DNA of 64,000 nt from an uncultured Solirubrobacterales bacterium (GCA_963831725.1 CAWHRF010000003.1:179859-243858), one strand, 5' to 3'. Shown: positions 38,179 through 48,305, counted from the stretch's first letter. The notes: a model not told the origin generated them from the letters alone. A program made the numbers and translations.

Positions 38179-38240
38179 ATCATGACCGCGTGCTCTGTGC
38201 GCGGCAAGCGATGGCCCTTTGCGCCGCGGCCGATGTCCCT
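38179..38240 (-). promoter_or_regulatory. Leaderless cydD promoter with two DosR/DevR-like boxes
   Basis: Minus strand: AGGGACATCG and AGGGCCATCG 22 bp apart, then CATGAT-N6-GTG(38172). Confidence 0.45.
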
Positions 38241-38259
38241 CCTCGCACGACGGCTATCG

Positions 38260-39561
38260 CTACAGTCGCGCGCCGCGGGGCAGGCGCTCGACCGAGCTCA
38301 GATCGCTGTTGATCACAGGGTTCTGCGGCTTGCCCAGGCGCGCGCTGATCCAGTCGAGCAGCACCTTCAGGCGCCGGCCCTGCCCGCCCCCGCTGAGGTA
38401 GTACATGTGCACCGTCAAATACAGGAAGAACGCGGCGCGCCCGGAGAACTCGAGACCACGGATCTCACACACCGCCTTGCCGCGCCCCACAACCGCAAGC
38501 GCGCCCTTGTCGAGATAGCGAAACGGCGTGCTCGCGCCCGGGGCTCCCTCGCCGATCCCCTTCGCCACGTGGCGCGCCTGCTGGATCGCCACGGTCGCGA
38601 GCCCCGGCAGCGGCCGGTCGCCGGGGCCGGCGAGCGAGGTGATGTCGCCGATCGCCGAGATCTCGGGATGGCCGGGCACGGTGAGGTCGTCTTCGATCCG
38701 GATACGCCCCGCGCGGTCGGTGGGCGCCCCGGTCGCCTCGGCCAGCGTTTTGACGAACGACACGGGCTGCACGCCGGCGGCCCAGATCACGGTCCTCGAA
38801 TCGAAGCGAGTGTCGACGCCGGCGACCGACGCCGTGACTCCCTGGGCGTCGATGTCGCACACGCGCGCCCCCACGTGCACGCTCACCCCCAGCGACTCGA
38901 GCTCCTTTGCGACCTTCCCCGAGAGCTTCTTGCTGAACGACGCCGCCACACGCTCGCCCGCGTCGAGCAGGATCACTCGCGCGTCGCTCGGTTGGATGCG
39001 CGTGAACTCGCGCTTCATCGTGTGCGCGGCGATGATCGACAGCTCCCCGGCGATCTCCACGCCCGTGGGGCCGCCGCCGATCACCACGAACGTCATCCAT
39101 CGCGCCCGCTCCGCCGGGTCCTCGCAGCGCTCTGCCTCCTCGAAGGAGCCGTAGATGCGGTTGCGCAGCTCGACGGCGTCGGACAGCGTCTTCATGCCGT
39201 AGGACGCGTCCTGCCAGTCGTCTTTGCCGAAGTAGGAGGTCTCCGCGCCACACGCCACGATCAGGCTGTCGTAGTCGAGCCGCTCGCCGCGGTCGAGCAC
39301 GAGCTGACGGTGCTCCACGTCCACGCCTGTCGCCTCCGCCATCAGCACCGTCGCATTGGAGCTGCGCCTGAGTACCGCCCGGATCGGCGAGGCGCACTCG
39401 CCTGTAGAGAGGCTCCCGCACGCCACCTGGTAGAGCAGCGGCTGGAACAGGTGATGGTGCATCCTGTCGACGAGCGTCACCTCCACGTCGGCGCCGCGCA
39501 GCTTGCTCGCCGCCGTGAGCCCACCGAAGCCGCCGCCCACGATGACGACCCGACGCCTCAC
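38260..39561 (-). CDS. ndh: Type II NADH dehydrogenase (NDH-2)
   Basis: VVIVGGGFGG, HLFQPLLYQVA, VIGGGPTGVEIAG, AIGD, VAIQQ, FRYLDKG. Confidence 0.93.
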   Translation of the reverse strand: MRRRVVIVGGGFGGLTAASKLRGADVEVTLVDRMHHHLFQPLLYQVACGSLSTGECASPIRAVLRRSSNATVLMAEATGVDVEHRQLVLDRGERLDYDSLIVACGAETSYFGKDDWQDASYGMKTLSDAVELRNRIYGSFEEAERCEDPAERARWMTFVVIGGGPTGVEIAGELSIIAAHTMKREFTRIQPSDARVILLDAGERVAASFSKKLSGKVAKELESLGVSVHVGARVCDIDAQGVTASVAGVDTRFDSRTVIWAAGVQPVSFVKTLAEATGAPTDRAGRIRIEDDLTVPGHPEISAIGDITSLAGPGDRPLPGLATVAIQQARHVAKGIGEGAPGASTPFRYLDKGALAVVGRGKAVCEIRGLEFSGRAAFFLYLTVHMYYLSGGGQGRRLKVLLDWISARLGKPQNPVINSDLSSVERLPRGARL

Positions 39562-39592
39562 AGGCGCAGCAGCAGATGGTCGCCTGCGCGCA

Positions 39593-41611
39593 TCACGAGA
39601 TCTCCGCCAATCGCTCGACCAGGATGATGCGCGCCGCAGCCTCGATCAGCGCGAGGTGAGAGAAAGCCTGGGGGAAGTTCCCCAGGTGGCGGCCCGTGCT
39701 CGTGTCGAACTCCTCGGCGTACAGCCCCAGCGGGGAGGCCACGCTCAACAGCTTTTCCATCAGGTCGCGGGCGCGCTGCTGTTCGCCGACGACCGCGAGC
39801 CCGGACACCAGCCAGAACGAGCAGATCAGGAAGCTGCCCTCCTTGCCCGACAGGCCGTCGTCGGTCTCATCGGTGCGATAGCGCAGCACGAAACCGTCCT
39901 CTGTCAGGTCTTCGGCGATCGCCAGCACGCTCGCGCGCAGGCGCTCGTCGTCGTTCGGTAGGAAGCCGAAGATCGCGGCCAGCAGGTTGGAGGCGTCCAG
40001 GGCGTCGGTCTCATAGTGCTGGCGCAGGACGCCGTCCTTGGTGAGCCCGTTGGCGAGGATGTCCGCTCTGATCTCCTCGGCGGTGGCGTGCCACGCGACC
40101 TGGCGCTTGCCGTCGCCGCGCATCGCCGCGAGCTTGGCCGCACGGTCCATCGCCACCCAGCACATCAGCTTGGAGGACACGTAGTGCTGGGGCTTGCCGC
40201 GCGCCTCCCAGATGCCCTGGTCGGGCTGGCGCCAGACCTTGGTGGCGCACTCCGCCTGCGCCTGCACGATCGGCCACAGCCTGCGCGGCAGTCGTTCTGA
40301 GCGGCGCGTGTGCAGCAGGATCGAGTCGAGCGCCGCACCGAACACGTCGTTCTGGCGCTGGTCGAACGCGCCGTTGCCGATCCTCACCGGGCTCGCCCCC
40401 GCATAGCCCGACAGATCGTCTCGCGTCGACTCTGTGAGGTCGCGCCGCCCGTCGATCCCGTACATGATCTGCAGCGCCCCGTCCTTGTTGGGCTCCAGAT
40501 CGGCGATGAACTGCATGAACTCCTCCGCCTCCCAGTCGAGGTTCAGGTAGTGCAGCGCCTGCAGCGTGAAGGTCGAATCGCGCAGCCACGTGTAGCGGTA
40601 GTCCCAGTTGCGCTCCCCGCCGGGCGTCTCGGGCAGCGAGGTCGTCAGCGCCGCCACCGTCGCGCCTGTCGGCATGTAGGTGAGGCCCTTGATCGCCAGC
40701 GCCGAGCGCTGGATCGGATCGCGCCAGCGGTGGTCGGGAATGCGCGCGCGACTCAGCCAGCCACGCCAGAAGCTCGCGGTGGACGCAAGGCGTGCGTTCG
40801 CTTCGTCGACGTGCTCGGGCGCGGCCAGCTCCTCGGCCCAGGAGAGCGAGCAGTAGATCTGCTCGCCCTGTTTGAGCACGTGGCGGGCCCTGACCCAATC
40901 GCCCTCGACCCCCACCGCCATGTCGGTCTGCAGCCGGATCGTCTGCTCCGCGCCGCTCGCGTCGGCCCTGTGCCCGTCGTCGCTGACGGCCCACTGCGCC
41001 GTTTCGCGCCCATAGTCGAAGACCGGTTCGCACGTGAGTTCCATCTCGACCTCGCCATCCAGGCACATCGCGAGGCGCACGAGCAGGTGGTCGGCATCCT
41101 GGTCGGCCGGAGGGCGGGTGTGCGGCGTGACGAGATCCTCGCCGCGACGCGGCCCCAGGATCAACGCCTCGCGCACGATCGCCCAACCTGTCGTTGTCTT
41201 CCACGTCGTGAGCAGGATGTTGGTCCCTGGCTCATAGTTGCGTGCCGTCGGCACGTTGATCCCAAACGGGCCGAAGCGGAAGCCGCCCGCCTGACGGTCC
41301 AGCAGCGAGCCGAACACGCTCGGGGCGTCAAAACGCGGCACACACAGCCAGTCGATCGTCCCATCGGGGGCGACCAGCGCGCCGGTATGGCAGTCCGACA
41401 GGAAGGCGTAGTCGGCGATCGGTGGGAACGGTGAGGGCATCGCCGCGCTCTGGGGAGCGTCCTGAGGCTTGCCGTTCGGTGCCTTCGAAATGGCAGCCCC
41501 CCCACGCGTGCGGGGGGCATCGGACTTTTTATTGGCCCCGGCTGACGTTGTGCGGGCCTTGGCCGGCGCGCGCGAGCCAGCCGTTTTCGCCTTGTCCTTG
41601 GCTGGGCTCAC
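39593..41611 (-). CDS. Glycoside hydrolase family 15 (trehalase/glucoamylase-like)
   Basis: IADYAFLSDC, TTSLPETPGGERNWDYRYTWLRD, GIWEARG, LGNFPQAFSH. GTG 41611 overlaps the zwf stop. Confidence 0.93.
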   Translation of the reverse strand: MSPAKDKAKTAGSRAPAKARTTSAGANKKSDAPRTRGGAAISKAPNGKPQDAPQSAAMPSPFPPIADYAFLSDCHTGALVAPDGTIDWLCVPRFDAPSVFGSLLDRQAGGFRFGPFGINVPTARNYEPGTNILLTTWKTTTGWAIVREALILGPRRGEDLVTPHTRPPADQDADHLLVRLAMCLDGEVEMELTCEPVFDYGRETAQWAVSDDGHRADASGAEQTIRLQTDMAVGVEGDWVRARHVLKQGEQIYCSLSWAEELAAPEHVDEANARLASTASFWRGWLSRARIPDHRWRDPIQRSALAIKGLTYMPTGATVAALTTSLPETPGGERNWDYRYTWLRDSTFTLQALHYLNLDWEAEEFMQFIADLEPNKDGALQIMYGIDGRRDLTESTRDDLSGYAGASPVRIGNGAFDQRQNDVFGAALDSILLHTRRSERLPRRLWPIVQAQAECATKVWRQPDQGIWEARGKPQHYVSSKLMCWVAMDRAAKLAAMRGDGKRQVAWHATAEEIRADILANGLTKDGVLRQHYETDALDASNLLAAIFGFLPNDDERLRASVLAIAEDLTEDGFVLRYRTDETDDGLSGKEGSFLICSFWLVSGLAVVGEQQRARDLMEKLLSVASPLGLYAEEFDTSTGRHLGNFPQAFSHLALIEAAARIILVERLAEIS

Positions 41612-43047
41612 GATGCCACCCACGGGCCGTGCCAGCCGCCGTAGTGGGCCACCAGCTTGTCGGCCTCGGGCGGACCCCAGGTTCCCTGAGCATAGGGATG
41701 CACGGGCGGCGGCTCTTTGAGCAGCGGTTCGAAGATGCGCCAAGTCTGCTCGACGCTGTCTTGGCGGGTGAAGCGCACGCTGTCGCCGCGCATCGCATCC
41801 AGCAGCAGCACCTCGTACGGGGTGGGGGCCTCGCCGCCCTCCTGTGCGAACTCCATGTCGAGCGTGATCGCCTGCGCCCCGCCCTCGTCGGCGCGGTGGG
41901 CGTCGAGGATCATCTGCACACCCGTCGCCGGGTCGAGCTTGACCACGAGCTGGTTGGGCTCCGGCCGGCGGCGCCCGTGCTCCATGAAGCCAAGGCGCGG
42001 GGGGTGGCGGAACACGAGCCGCAACTCGGTCTGGGTGATCGGCAGGTCCTTGCCGGTGCGGATGAACCATGGCACGCCCGACCAGCGCCAGTTGTCGATG
42101 TCCAGCCGTAGGGCGGCATAGGTCTCGGTGGTCGATTCTTTGGCGACGCCGTCGATGTTCAGGTAGCCGTCGTACTGGCCGCGCACGTAGTGCTTGGGGT
42201 CTGCGGCAGCGGTGGAGCGGAACACGGCGAACTTGGCGTCCTTGAGCGTTTCGGCATCGTCGCCCGCGGGCGCCTCCATCGCGGCGACGGCCACCAGCTG
42301 CATCAGGTGGTTGACGACCACGTCGCGCACCGCGCCCACAGGATCGTAGAAATGCCCGCGGTCCTCCACGCCGAAGCTCTCGGCCATCGTGATCTGCACG
42401 CAGGCGATGTGGTTGCGGTTCCACACCGGCTCGAGCATCGTGTTGGCGAAGCGCAGGTAGAGGAACTCGTCGATCCCCATCTTGCCGAGGAAGTGGTCGA
42501 TCCGATAGAGCTGAGGCTCCTCGATGTACTGGTGGACTTCGGCGGCAAGCGCCCGCGCGGACTGCAGGTCGTGGCCAAAGGGCTTCTCCACGACCACGCG
42601 CGCATTCTTGGTGGCACCGCTTGAGGCGAGGCCTTTGATGACCGTCCCGAACAGGAACGGCGGGATCTCCAGGTAGAAGACGGGCGCCTGGGCATCGCCG
42701 AGCGCGTCGGTCACGCGCGCATAGGTGCCTTCGTCGGCGAAGTCGCCGGACACGTAGCTAAGTCGTTCGGCGAAGCGCTTGAACACACGCTCGTCGATCG
42801 TCTCGTCGCACGCTTCGATCGAGGTGCGCGCACGCTTGCGCAGATCCTCGACGGTCCAGTCGTCGGCGGCCACGCCCACGATCGGGCAGTCGAGCAGGCC
42901 GCGCTGCTCCAGGCGGTAGAGAGAGTGGAAGGTCATCACCTTCGCAAGGTCGCCGCTGATGCCGAACACAACCAGCACGTCGGCTGGGTCGGTGTAATCG
43001 CTGGAGGCGGGTGCGGTTGCAGGCCGGGATTGTGCCGGTGTGCTCAT
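41608..43047 (-). CDS. zwf: Glucose-6-phosphate 1-dehydrogenase
   Basis: FGISGDLA, VEKPFG, RIDHFLGK, RDVVVNHL, RWSGVPWFIRTGK. Confidence 0.95.
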   Translation of the reverse strand: MSTPAQSRPATAPASSDYTDPADVLVVFGISGDLAKVMTFHSLYRLEQRGLLDCPIVGVAADDWTVEDLRKRARTSIEACDETIDERVFKRFAERLSYVSGDFADEGTYARVTDALGDAQAPVFYLEIPPFLFGTVIKGLASSGATKNARVVVEKPFGHDLQSARALAAEVHQYIEEPQLYRIDHFLGKMGIDEFLYLRFANTMLEPVWNRNHIACVQITMAESFGVEDRGHFYDPVGAVRDVVVNHLMQLVAVAAMEAPAGDDAETLKDAKFAVFRSTAAADPKHYVRGQYDGYLNIDGVAKESTTETYAALRLDIDNWRWSGVPWFIRTGKDLPITQTELRLVFRHPPRLGFMEHGRRRPEPNQLVVKLDPATGVQMILDAHRADEGGAQAITLDMEFAQEGGEAPTPYEVLLLDAMRGDSVRFTRQDSVEQTWRIFEPLLKEPPPVHPYAQGTWGPPEADKLVAHYGGWHGPWVAS

Positions 43048-43349
43048 GGGCGCCTTTCGTCTGGTTGGATGCCGGTCTGCGGGAAGTGTGCAGATGCTCT
43101 CACTCCCATGCGCCGACGCGCATCATCCGCATCGGATGACCTGCGTCTGCACGACGAGCGGATCGCACGAACATGGCGCATACCGTCGAGCACGTGAATC
43201 GTGGTTACCCGATCTGGCCGATTGCGACGCGGCCTGAGTTTTTGGATTTGCGGGGGCGTGTGGGGCGGAGGTCGAGGGCGCCTCGCCATCATTGAGATTG
43301 CCGGGCATGGCTGGACTGAACGTGCCGGACCGTGTAGTACGGTTGCCAG

Positions 43350-43496
43350 GTGGAGGACTCTGGACAACATTTGGACGTAACGCTCGACTCCGAGTATGTC
43401 GTTTTGCTGGACGGGATCTCGGGCGCATATGAGGAGGTGCAACTAGGCCTTCAGCAGGCACGCGAAGGCAGGACCATCCCTCTAGATGAGCTGTAG
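43350..43496 (+). CDS. 48-aa ORF resembling a shortened type II antitoxin, no toxin partner
   Basis: Below the ORF-track cutoff. TACGGT-N6-GTG; MEDSGQHLDVTLDSEYVVLLDGISGAYEEVQLGLQQAREGRTIPLDEL. Confidence 0.5.
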   Translation: MEDSGQHLDVTLDSEYVVLLDGISGAYEEVQLGLQQAREGRTIPLDEL

Positions 43497-43506
43497 GTAG
43501 CAGAGG

Positions 43507-44802
43507 TCAAGTTGAGCGTTCGCGGGCGCGGCGGATGTCCTCCAGCCGCTTCGCGCACTCCGCCTCCGCCTCGTCGGGTTTGTAGAAGCGCATACCGACT
43601 GCCTCCTCGGGCGCCAGCTCTTGCGGGGAGAGATGCCCTGGATGAGAGTGGGGATAGTCATAGCCCTGCCCGCGCCCACCCGAGCGCAGCTGGACGGGCG
43701 GCGGCGCGGCACCGTGCTCGCGGACGAACTCGCGGGCGGCCCCGATCGCCCGCTTCGCGGCGTCCGACTTCGGCGCGAGTGAGAGGTAGATCGCTGCTTG
43801 CGCGAGCGCGAACTGGCACTCGGGCAAGCCCGCGTGCTCGACGGCCGCGGCGGCCCCGGTCGCGACGGTGAGTGCGTTCGGGTCCGCGTTGCCTATGTCC
43901 TCGCTGGCGAGGATCACCATGCGCCGCGCGATGAAGCGGGGATCCTCGCCGCCCTCGAGCATCACCGCCAGGTAGTAGAGCGACGCGTCGGGGTCCGAGC
44001 CGCGCGTCGCCTTGATCCAGGCGGAGATCGTGTCGTAGTGGCTGTCGGCCGCCTTGTCGTAGTGCACGATCCGGCGCTGCAGCGCGTCTTCGGCGTGCTC
44101 GACTGTGACGCTGTCGATGGCCGTCTCGCAAGCGAGCTCCAGTGCGCTGAGCGCCGTACGTGCGTCGCCACCAGCGCGGGCGGCAAGCATCTCGATCGCC
44201 TCGGGCGCGACCTGTATCTCGCTGAATTGGTCGTGTTCGAGCGCGCGGCGCAGCAGCGTGAGCACGTTCTCCTCAGTGAGCTCTGAGAGCTCGTACAGGC
44301 GGGTGCGCGAAAGCAGCGCGCGGTTGACCTCGAACGAGGGGTTCTCGGTCGTCGCTCCGATCAGCGTCACGAGTCCTTCCTCCACGGCCGGCAGCAGCGC
44401 GTCCTGCTGGGCCTTGTTGAAACGATGGATCTCATCTAGGAAGAAGATCGTCTCGCGCCCGCCGAGCCGGCGTTCGCGCGCCCTTGCGAGCACCGCCCGC
44501 ACCTCGGCGCGACCGGCCTCCACGGCGCTCAACTCCTCAAACGCCGCGCTCGCGCTCGCGGCGATGATGCGTGCGAGCGTCGTCTTGCCGCTGCCGGGAG
44601 GGCCATGCAGAATCATCGAATGGGGTCTGCCCTGCTCGATCGCGGTGCGTAGCGAAGATGAGGTCCCACCCGCCCCCAGCAAATGCTCTTGTCCCACGAA
44701 CCGATCGAGCGTCGTCGGTCGCATCCGTGCCGCAAGCGGCGCCGCGTCGGAGACATGAGGCGTGGCGTCCTCGGTCTCGGCAGGATCGAACAGCGAGTCC
44801 AT
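43507..44802 (-). CDS. rarA: Replication-associated recombination protein A (AAA+)
   Basis: PLAARMRP, GPPGSGKTT, DEIHRFNKAQQD, GATTENP, RGSDPDA, ASEDIGNADP. Confidence 0.96.
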   Translation of the reverse strand: MDSLFDPAETEDATPHVSDAAPLAARMRPTTLDRFVGQEHLLGAGGTSSSLRTAIEQGRPHSMILHGPPGSGKTTLARIIAASASAAFEELSAVEAGRAEVRAVLARARERRLGGRETIFFLDEIHRFNKAQQDALLPAVEEGLVTLIGATTENPSFEVNRALLSRTRLYELSELTEENVLTLLRRALEHDQFSEIQVAPEAIEMLAARAGGDARTALSALELACETAIDSVTVEHAEDALQRRIVHYDKAADSHYDTISAWIKATRGSDPDASLYYLAVMLEGGEDPRFIARRMVILASEDIGNADPNALTVATGAAAAVEHAGLPECQFALAQAAIYLSLAPKSDAAKRAIGAAREFVREHGAAPPPVQLRSGGRGQGYDYPHSHPGHLSPQELAPEEAVGMRFYKPDEAEAECAKRLEDIRRARERST

Positions 44803-44844
44803 CGCTCACAGTGTGCCTCACATGCAAGCTCGCTACGCTGCGGT

Positions 44845-45165
44845 TTGGTGCGCCGCACACCAACAGCCCCATTTGCCGCCGCGTCGCTGATCGTCGGTTT
44901 CGCGGTCGCTGACTACACAGGCTCGCGGCCGCTTGGCGGAGTCGTGTTGGCGCTCGGCGGGTTGTGGTGCATCCAGGTGTGGGCACGGCGGCATGGCGCT
45001 CGCACGGCGGTGACGCTCGGGTGCGTCGGTTTTGCCGCGCTGGTGTTCTCACATTTGCTCGCATTGGCTGTCGGAGCTTGGCCTTCGGTGCTGCTCGTCG
45101 CGGCTGCGACGGCGCTCGTTGTGTGGACACGCGCCGACCGGCATGTCCTCTCGCCCACCGGTTGA
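44845..45165 (+). CDS. Small membrane protein
   Basis: About four hydrophobic segments; GSRPLGG, IVGFAVA, GAWPSV; TACGCT -10 element upstream. Confidence 0.6.
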   Translation: MVRRTPTAPFAAASLIVGFAVADYTGSRPLGGVVLALGGLWCIQVWARRHGARTAVTLGCVGFAALVFSHLLALAVGAWPSVLLVAAATALVVWTRADRHVLSPTG

Positions 45166-45167
45166 CG

Positions 45168-46082
45168 ATGAGCTCGACGCCGCGCGATCCGGAGGAGCTG
45201 GAGGCGGCCGGCGCGCCGGTCCGCGCTGAGATCCCGCCGGCTACGAGACCTGGAGCGGTGCACCTGACGGTCTCGAATCTCGATCGCTCCGTCGGCTACT
45301 ACGAGAGCGTCGTGGGCCTCGTGGTCCGCGAGCGTGGGGCCGGCCAGGTGTTTCTGGGCGCCGGAGGTGAGGACTTGCTGGTTTTGGTTGAGCAACCCGG
45401 AGCCGCGCCGGCACGCGGCTACTGCGGCCTTTACCACTTTGCCTTGCTCGTCCCGGCACGCGTTGACCTCGCGCGCTGGCTGGCGCACGCCGCCCACGAT
45501 CGCGTCGCGCTCGTCGGCCTCTCAGACCACTACGTCAGCGAGGCGATCTACCTGAGCGACCCCGACGAACACGGGATCGAGATCTACTGGGACCGGCCAC
45601 GCGAGAGCTGGGAGGGACAGGTAGCCCGGAGGATGACGACGCTTCCGCTCGACACGCGGAGCTTGCTCGGCGAGCTTGAGGACCCCGTGCACGAGCCCTT
45701 CGAGCACCTCCCGCCGGGCACGGTTATGGGCCATGTGCACCTGTGCGTCGCCGACATCCCGCGCACGATCGCGTTCTACCGGGACGTGCTCGGGTTCGGC
45801 CTGATGGCCTCCCTCGGCGCCCACGCCGCGTTTCTGAGCGCCGGTGGATACCACCATCACGTCGGCGCCAACACGTGGGAGAGCGCGGGCGCCGGTCGGG
45901 CCTCGGCTGCAACGGCGTCGCTGCGGCAAGCGACGATCTTGCTACCGAGCAAGGTTGAGCGGGACCAGCTTGTGGAACGGGTGGCCAACGCCGGGCAGGA
46001 GCACGTTGCGTTGGGCGACGGCATACTCATTCGCGACCCATCGGGGAACCCGATCGTCCTTGCTGCCGCGGAGCAGAGGTAG
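45168..46082 (+). CDS. VOC family protein (CatE-like dioxygenase)
   Basis: GAVHLTV, GLYHFALL, DHYVSEAIYLSDP, MGHVHL, GGYHHHVGANTW. Confidence 0.9.
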   Translation: MSSTPRDPEELEAAGAPVRAEIPPATRPGAVHLTVSNLDRSVGYYESVVGLVVRERGAGQVFLGAGGEDLLVLVEQPGAAPARGYCGLYHFALLVPARVDLARWLAHAAHDRVALVGLSDHYVSEAIYLSDPDEHGIEIYWDRPRESWEGQVARRMTTLPLDTRSLLGELEDPVHEPFEHLPPGTVMGHVHLCVADIPRTIAFYRDVLGFGLMASLGAHAAFLSAGGYHHHVGANTWESAGAGRASAATASLRQATILLPSKVERDQLVERVANAGQEHVALGDGILIRDPSGNPIVLAAAEQR

Positions 46083-46105
46083 TCGATGCCGGCATGGTCG
46101 GTTCC

Positions 46106-46642
46106 ATGACGCACTACGTCGCTCTGCTGCGCGGAATCAACGTCGGCCCACACAAGCGCGTGGCGATGGCTGACCTGCGCGCTCTGATGGCGGGACTCGG
46201 TTACGACGACGTGCAGACCCTGCTGCAGAGCGGCAACGCGGTGTTCGCCGCCGACGATCCTCCAGAGCAGGTGGAGCGTGATTTGGAACAGAAGATCGCG
46301 GCAGAGCTTGGCGTGGAGACAAAGGTTGTGGCGCGCACGCGCGAGGAGCTTGTGAGCGTGGTAGAACGCAATCCGCTGGGCGACATAGCCGGCGACCCCA
46401 AGCGCTACCAGGTGAGTTTTCTCTCCGCTGAGCCGAAGCCAGAGGTCGCACGCGAGCTCGCTGCGCTCGATTTCGCCCCCGAGCGGTTTGTGTTCAGCGG
46501 ACGCGAGATCTACGCCTGGCACCCGGACGGCATTCACAGCTCCAAGCTCGCCAAGCAGCTCTCAGACAGGCGCCTGGGAGTGATCGCGACGGCACGCAAC
46601 TGGAACACGGTCGTGAAGCTGCTGGCGATGATGGGCGACTAG
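46106..46642 (+). CDS. DUF1697 family protein
   Basis: YVALLRGINVG, LQSGNAVF, TARNWNTV. Confidence 0.92.
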   Translation: MTHYVALLRGINVGPHKRVAMADLRALMAGLGYDDVQTLLQSGNAVFAADDPPEQVERDLEQKIAAELGVETKVVARTREELVSVVERNPLGDIAGDPKRYQVSFLSAEPKPEVARELAALDFAPERFVFSGREIYAWHPDGIHSSKLAKQLSDRRLGVIATARNWNTVVKLLAMMGD

Positions 46643-46658
46643 AGCCGCTGTTTCACTG

Positions 46659-48305
46659 TCACACGCCGGCGGCCTTGGCGCTGTCCAGCGTGTGGTATTC
46701 CTCGAGCAACTCTTCCTCACGCTCGCGCTTGGGGAACATGAAGAACACGAGCGTTGCCCCGAGCGCGATCGCGACGATACCGGCGGTGTAGGCCCACCGG
46801 TCGCCTTTGACAAACGACTGTTGCGCGCCCGTCACGATCGCTTTGGCGTATTGCGGGTAGCGCGAGGCGGTGTCGGCGGCGCTCGAGAACGACTTCTCGA
46901 GCTGGCCTTCGACTTCGGTTGTGATGCGTGCCTTGTCTGGTGAGCTCGCGATGGCGGTTGCGACGGCCGCCGCGTAGCCTGCTGTCAGCAGGGCCCCAAA
47001 GATCGATTGCATGATCGCCCCGCCAAGGTCGCGTTGCAGGTCGGCGGTGCCCGATGCCATCCCCGCGCGCGTGACCGGCACCGAGCCTGTGAGCGAGTGC
47101 GAGGCGGGGGTGCCGGCGAAGCCGACACCGGCGCCGATGAACGCATAGCCCAGTCCCACCTTCCAATAGGAGATGCCCTGCTTCCACAGGAGCAGCATCG
47201 TGAGGAAGCCGAGCATGCAGCACGCGTAGCCGACGAGCAGCGTGAAGCGAGCGCCCTTCCTGTCCACGAGCTTGGCCGAGCGGGGCGCGATCAAGACCAT
47301 GAACACGGCTGCCGGCAGGATCGAGAGGCCGGAGTCGAGCGTTGAGTAGCCCAGCACGTTCTGCAGGAACTGCTGGCCGACGAACATTGCCCCCATCAGC
47401 GAGCCGAACACGACGATCCCCGCGAGCGCTGCTACCCAGAAGACGCGGCGACTGGCCACTTTCAGGTCGTACAGTGGTGCCCGCGCACGGCGCTGGCGCA
47501 GCACGAAGGCCACGCCCGCGCACACCGCCACGATTGCGGTGACGAGCACGATCGTGCCCTCGCCTTTGACGGGGGCGAAGTTGATCGTGAGGATCAGGGC
47601 CGCGACCGCGAGCACCGACAGCACCCCGCCGAGGTTGTCCACCAGGCCGGTGGTCTCGTTGACGTGAGCGGGGATGTAGCGCCATGCCATGTACAGCGCC
47701 ACGAAGGCGAGCGGCAGCGTGATGAAGAACACCGATCCCCAATGGAAGTGCGTGAGCAGCGCGCCGGCAAGCAATGGCCCGAGCGCGGAGATCGCGCCAC
47801 CAAGACCGGACCACAACGCGATCGAGCGCGTGCGCGCCGAGCCCGACCACAGCGCTGTGATCAGCGCCAGCGTCGTGGGGAAGGCCATGCCTGCCGCCAG
47901 GCCGCCCAGCAGACGCGCCAAGAACAGCACCGCGATCGACGGCGCCAGCGCCGCCAGCAGCGCGGCGGGGATCGCGAGCGTCGTGCCGAGCATCAGCATC
48001 AGCTTGCGCCCGTAGCGGTCGCCGAGCGCGCCGAGGTAGAGCACCGAGGCGGCCAGCCCGAGCGAGAAGCCCACGGCGATCAGGTCGAGTCCGGTCTGCG
48101 ACGCATCGAACGCCTTGCCGATATCTGGCAGCGCGACGTTGGCCACCGACAGGTTGAGGTTCGCTACGGCGGCCACGGCGATCAGCGCGGCCAGTACCGC
48201 ACGCGGATGCTGGGGGGCGCTGGAGGGCTCGGAGTCCGCCTCGCCCATGCCTGCGGCAAGTCTTGCTTCTGGGGGAGCCGGTTCTATCGGGCTCCCCTGC
48301 GCCAT
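46659..48305 (-). CDS. MFS transporter (DHA2-like)
   Basis: ANVALPDI, GALGDRYGRK, about 14 TM helices. Confidence 0.9.
   Translation of the reverse strand: MAQGSPIEPAPPEARLAAGMGEADSEPSSAPQHPRAVLAALIAVAAVANLNLSVANVALPDIGKAFDASQTGLDLIAVGFSLGLAASVLYLGALGDRYGRKLMLMLGTTLAIPAALLAALAPSIAVLFLARLLGGLAAGMAFPTTLALITALWSGSARTRSIALWSGLGGAISALGPLLAGALLTHFHWGSVFFITLPLAFVALYMAWRYIPAHVNETTGLVDNLGGVLSVLAVAALILTINFAPVKGEGTIVLVTAIVAVCAGVAFVLRQRRARAPLYDLKVASRRVFWVAALAGIVVFGSLMGAMFVGQQFLQNVLGYSTLDSGLSILPAAVFMVLIAPRSAKLVDRKGARFTLLVGYACCMLGFLTMLLLWKQGISYWKVGLGYAFIGAGVGFAGTPASHSLTGSVPVTRAGMASGTADLQRDLGGAIMQSIFGALLTAGYAAAVATAIASSPDKARITTEVEGQLEKSFSSAADTASRYPQYAKAIVTGAQQSFVKGDRWAYTAGIVAIALGATLVFFMFPKREREEELLEEYHTLDSAKAAGV

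Noticed and set aside
39593-42424. 943-aa GH15 protein with a long N-terminal extension
   Set aside because: The extension overlaps zwf in another frame; GTG 41611, coupled to the zwf stop, is the plausible start.
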